Shown here piece by piece: positions 59,717 through 64,000 of a stretch of DNA of 64,000 nucleotides. Under the pieces are notes generated by a model. It made no database searches. It was not told the origin of the DNA and saw nothing but the letters and a program-made list of their open reading frames with translations. Within the stretch, counting starts at the first letter, position 1. Each line of letters starts with the position of its first letter. The DNA is taken from contig OX638163.1 in assembly GCA_951804945.1 (NCBI GenBank), positions 26,660,001-26,724,000 on the forward strand, in the 5' to 3' direction. This DNA is from Podarcis cretensis (lineage: Eukaryota). The position numbers were made by a program, and so were the translations under genes.

Positions 59717-61717
59717 AAGTCCATTCCGTCTTATTTGCACACCTGGCTGTATTTTTAAAAAGATTCATAGGGAAAATGTATTACAGAGAGTATTTAAATA
59801 GCTTTATGTATGTATTTAATCATGATATATATTTAAATATATATTCTATCTCAATATATTTCTAAATGTATAATTTTATCCTAAAATATACAATTCTTAA
59901 TGCATTTCTTCTTTTTTAGCAGGAATCTGTATTGCAACATTTGGAGAAGTGTGAAATCCAAATGATAATTGCATTCTGTATGAGTCCGAGAGGTGCAAAT
60001 TAGGCTGGTTCATTTAAAAAATGTGGAATGAATGAAATTCTCTCCATCCCTATTTACTAGTAAACACGGAGAGGATTGGGCTGTAAGATGACTAACTGAG
60101 GGCATGCATTTATAAGTACAGATGAATTCATTAATCACAGATTGAAAATGGCATTTGAACCAACTAAGTTTTGGAGCTAATTTCTGTGAAAGGGAGTCCC
60201 GTGTTGAAAGCATTGGCAGGAAAAATATCAATGCATCTCTTAAGTCAAATAATGAAGAAAGGATATTTTTCAAAACATAAATGATTATGCTTTTACCTTT
60301 ATTAGTAGGTCTGGCTGCAGGTTTGAAAAGCCCTGCAAATGCTACTTCTGCCCTTTAACAGGGGTGAATTTGCTATACACCCTTTCTTGGGAGAAGACAT
60401 GAGCTGGTCTCTTCTACAGGATGGAGATCTTGGGGATCACATGGGTAGGAGAGTGCAGTAGTAGGGAAGCAACCAGGCTGCTATTTAAGCCTGTTCTGCG
60501 CTCTCCATCTCCTAATTCTCTTTTGCGGTGTCCTTTGGCCCTCCCTCTCTCTACAGTGTGCTTTGTTTTCTTTCTTTCTTTGCTAGTCCCCCTTTCTGGC
60601 AGCTTAGTAGGAGTTTTGAGGAAGCCCCTGCCTGCCCATTGGGGCTCTACTATTTGCCTACTCCAAACTGTAGGGGCCTTTGATTTGCTCTTGATACTTA
60701 TTTGGTCTGTTTGGCATTCAGTGCAGGCAGATAAAGGAATTTAAGGCATTCTGAGCATTATGGGGTTTAATGGCACTCTTGAATCATCTTCCACAGCCTT
60801 TGGCTTGGAGGTTCCTTAGGGCTGTCTTTTAGGTCTGGCGTGTGCACTTTCATGAAGACTGCACAGAGGGGCCAGGGTACCCAAAGCTCTTTTGACAGGG
60901 CATAAGAATTTTTTCCCAATCTCTGCCATAGAATGTGGCTATTTACATGCCCAGGGGCATGGAGGGGTCCTTCCTTAGAATCAAACCTACCTGCCCATAC
61001 TTATAGAATTTGGTTGTTGTTTGGCAGATCTTCTATTGTTATATTTGAATAAATATGACTTTTCACCACCACTCTTTCTCTTGAGTCTCCTTCCATAGTT
61101 GGCAAATTCCCTTTGCTGGCAAATTCCCTGTACAGCCCCATCCATTACTGCCCCTTTTCTCTCTTGTCCTCCTTTACCCCTGCACTTCTCTCTCTCTTTC
61201 CCCCACTCCCATCACTTGGCTGGACGACACACAACATAAGCAGGGAGCAGTGATGTGGGTTGTGAGAGGTAGTGTGGCAACTAGGAGGCCCAAATGTCCT
61301 GAAAAAGAGCTGGGCACTTTCTGCTGCCTATATTCTGATGTTGCTCATCAGTACCACTTAGGGTGCCTTCTGTTTGTGCCCCTGCTGGTCTTTGTCTTCA
61401 TTCCACATTCCTAACTTAATTCTCTCTGCCCGCCCCCCGGGCTATTTAGTCAGAACTGACTAACTCTTTTATAACATAAGTGCAGAGTTATTGGGGAGGT
61501 GTGTCTAGTTTCTAAATTTCTGATTGGCCACATTGACCACTGGCAACAGAGAAAGAGTATATCTTACCACTAGAGAAAACAACTGTCACTTTATGTATAA
61601 GAGGTTGCATTTACAGGCCGCAGATTCTCAACTGTCTTGCACCAACCCTGTGATTTCCTTCAGTCACTGTCCTCAGCAGACCTTGGGTTTGCAAGGGTTA
61701 TGGCAACGTTGGAAAAG

Positions 61718-61719
<2 letters not shown>

Positions 61720-61761
<42 letters not shown>

Positions 61762-61765
61762 GTGT
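61720..61765. repeat. (GT)n microsatellite
   Basis: Read directly. Confidence 0.95.
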
Positions 61766-62831
61766 AGCTTGTCCTTCCAGCCTCTTGCTCCCCTGGCATC
61801 AAGCTATATCTTTTCCTGACATATCAAAATGTGAAGTCATAACTAGATAGACTCCTTTGAGCTGAGATCTGAAGTTCCAGCCTTTCTTAGATAACCATAA
61901 GATGTATGTTTGAGCCACATGCCGTGGCAATGCTCCTTTCAGATAAAGTAGAGTTTATAAATCAGAAACAGTAGCTCGAAAATCTAGTTTGTCAAGCATT
62001 GATAGCAAGGATTTTTGAAGATAGGAAGGAGCCAGGATTTCTGCAGTAAAATTAGAGCAGATTATTGGGACTTGTTTACTAGAATAGCCAGCTGCTTGGG
62101 GAAGATTGTAAGGAAACCATTCCCTCTGGGAGTGTGAAAATCAAATCCTCATAAGAAGCATTAACTGGCGGTGCACAGGATAAATGCATACTTGCTTTTC
62201 TTCAGTGAAATGAGGCCAGGAAGAGAAACCTCAGATCATTATCCCATAATGTTTCAGGGGCAAAGATGCAGAGCAGCCATACTGCCAGACATGCTGCAAA
62301 TCAGTCTGTTTGTTGTCCTTGTAATTTTTAGATATTTTCATTTATTAGCCTTGTTCTGTCATGTTTTTATATCAGGCTGCATTTATTGTTTTAAAAGTAT
62401 GAAAATGTGTAAATATGTGTGTGTATCCAAATACACATTTGTATATGCAGCGTTTTATCTGAAAATGCACATTTTTGCATGTGTTTTCTTGCTATGGAAC
62501 TCCTTAACATGCCTGTCCAAATGGCAGGCAGATGAAAGGTACTACCAGTGGTAGCCAGTGTATGTTCCTGAGACAGGTACAGAGTTGGATCGCCAAAGGT
62601 TCCATTGGATTCTAAGCTGGCCCTATTGCTAGCAAGTTGTGGCAGGGGCCCTTGTTTTCTTCACCAGCCTGGGAGATGGTGCAACAAAAATACAAGGATT
62701 TACTGTCCACTCCTTCCACCCTGGCTGGTGTAAGGGGGTGGGGGATTGCAGATTCAGTGTGGGCTCTGTCACCACATTAAGACTCATTGATGCCTTGGCA
62801 GGGTTAGGGCTGCAGCCTAAGAGAACATCTG

Positions 62832-62875
<44 letters not shown>
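62832..62875. repeat. (CAAT)n microsatellite
   Basis: Read directly. Confidence 0.95.
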
Positions 62876-62876
<1 letters not shown>

Positions 62877-64000
62877 TGTAAACCACTTCTCAAGAACAAG
62901 TAGTAAAACTCACTATATTCCAATATTCCAACTGGATTAGAATTTAATACAATTGTGCATGCTATGCTTGCTCACTATGTTCTGTACCTTGATCCAGTGT
63001 GACTGCACCTAGAATAGACAGAGATGGACATTTATTGCAAATGAACAGGTGGGCTAAACAGGGAGCTGTCTAGGGATCAGCTCTCATAGATTTCCACTGG
63101 CTTCTATGGGATAAGGAAAACAGATTGCAATCTAGGAGGCAATGGAGATGTAGTAAAATCTGACAGTCACCCAGAAATCTTGAGTATATTTGTGGTGCGC
63201 AAAAGAAACCAAAGAGCATGGGCTTGGAATCCACTTTGCTGCTTTGGACTTTGGTTGAAAGTTTTGAACTGGCATTGCAGTTTGGTTTGGATCTGCAGCA
63301 CAGCCTCAAATTGGATTGTACTCAACATAGTCTTATGGTTAATGTTCCATTAGCACAAAGGTGCAATGGAAAGTCCTTCCCTCTTCTCCTCCATGCACCT
63401 TCTACATCTGTTTTGGGAGTTCTCTCAATTCTCCAGAGCAGATCTGGGGATAGCACAGGGTATGCTAGGGGTGGGGAAGGGGAAAATCCCATTGTGCTAC
63501 CTCTAATCTTTGTGCTAGCACAACTGTTTTGTTGAATACTGCCCATTAGTTCCTTTTTCAGAAGTTTTGCATGATTCCCCATTTAACAGAATGGGGGAAT
63601 CAGCAAAAGTCTCTTTTTTCATTTCTTTGGTAGAAGTGGATGAAGTTTGTCAGTATGATACTCCTTGAAGAGAATGTTATCTGCCAAATTTTGGACAAAT
63701 AGATGTTTGTGTGTGCTAGGCATATTTAAATTGTTTTTGAGTAGAATGGAGAAAAATTGACATTGCCCCTTTGCCTGCACTGAGGACAGCTTGAGCTTTG
63801 CCATGATCCTGCCTTATCCTTGATGTGGATGACAATTCATTGAAATAAAGTGTGTAGTGATGTAGTATTTGGCAACACACACAAAAAAGAGCACAGACAT
63901 ATACAGAGTCAGACAGATTTTGTACTCCCAGACACAAACTGACCTACAAATAACCCTGGAATTAAATCAAATGCTACTTGGGCTGAAATGGAAAGTGGGA

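Overview
Eukaryotic, repeat-rich window of about 40% GC. The Sauria SINE, Squam3-like SINE, CR1, L1, L2 and MITE content points to a squamate reptile, probably a lacertid lizard (inference from repeat families only). I can support no host protein-coding exon, rRNA, true tRNA gene or CRISPR array, so the window reads as intronic or intergenic DNA. Almost all ORFs in the track are chance ORFs or transposon pieces. It is a nested mosaic of tRNA-derived SINEs, CR1/L1/L2 LINE fragments, two TSD-flanked non-coding L1-type elements, five ~242-bp Tc1/mariner(Tigger-like) MITEs, several hAT-type MITEs with 8-bp TSDs and several solo LTRs. The most notable signal is a young solo LTR (37011-37586) whose U3 region carries an intact 114-codon ORF: an acidic/Pro-rich tract, an Arg-rich helix and RRSARL, which is the HMGN nucleosome-binding core motif. 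Several older, sequence-divergent LTR remnants in the same window give back RRS(A/T)RL-like codons at the equivalent position when CpG decay is reversed. This suggests a family-wide LTR-encoded chromatin-binding peptide. Family names come from recall of consensus features, not from a database search.
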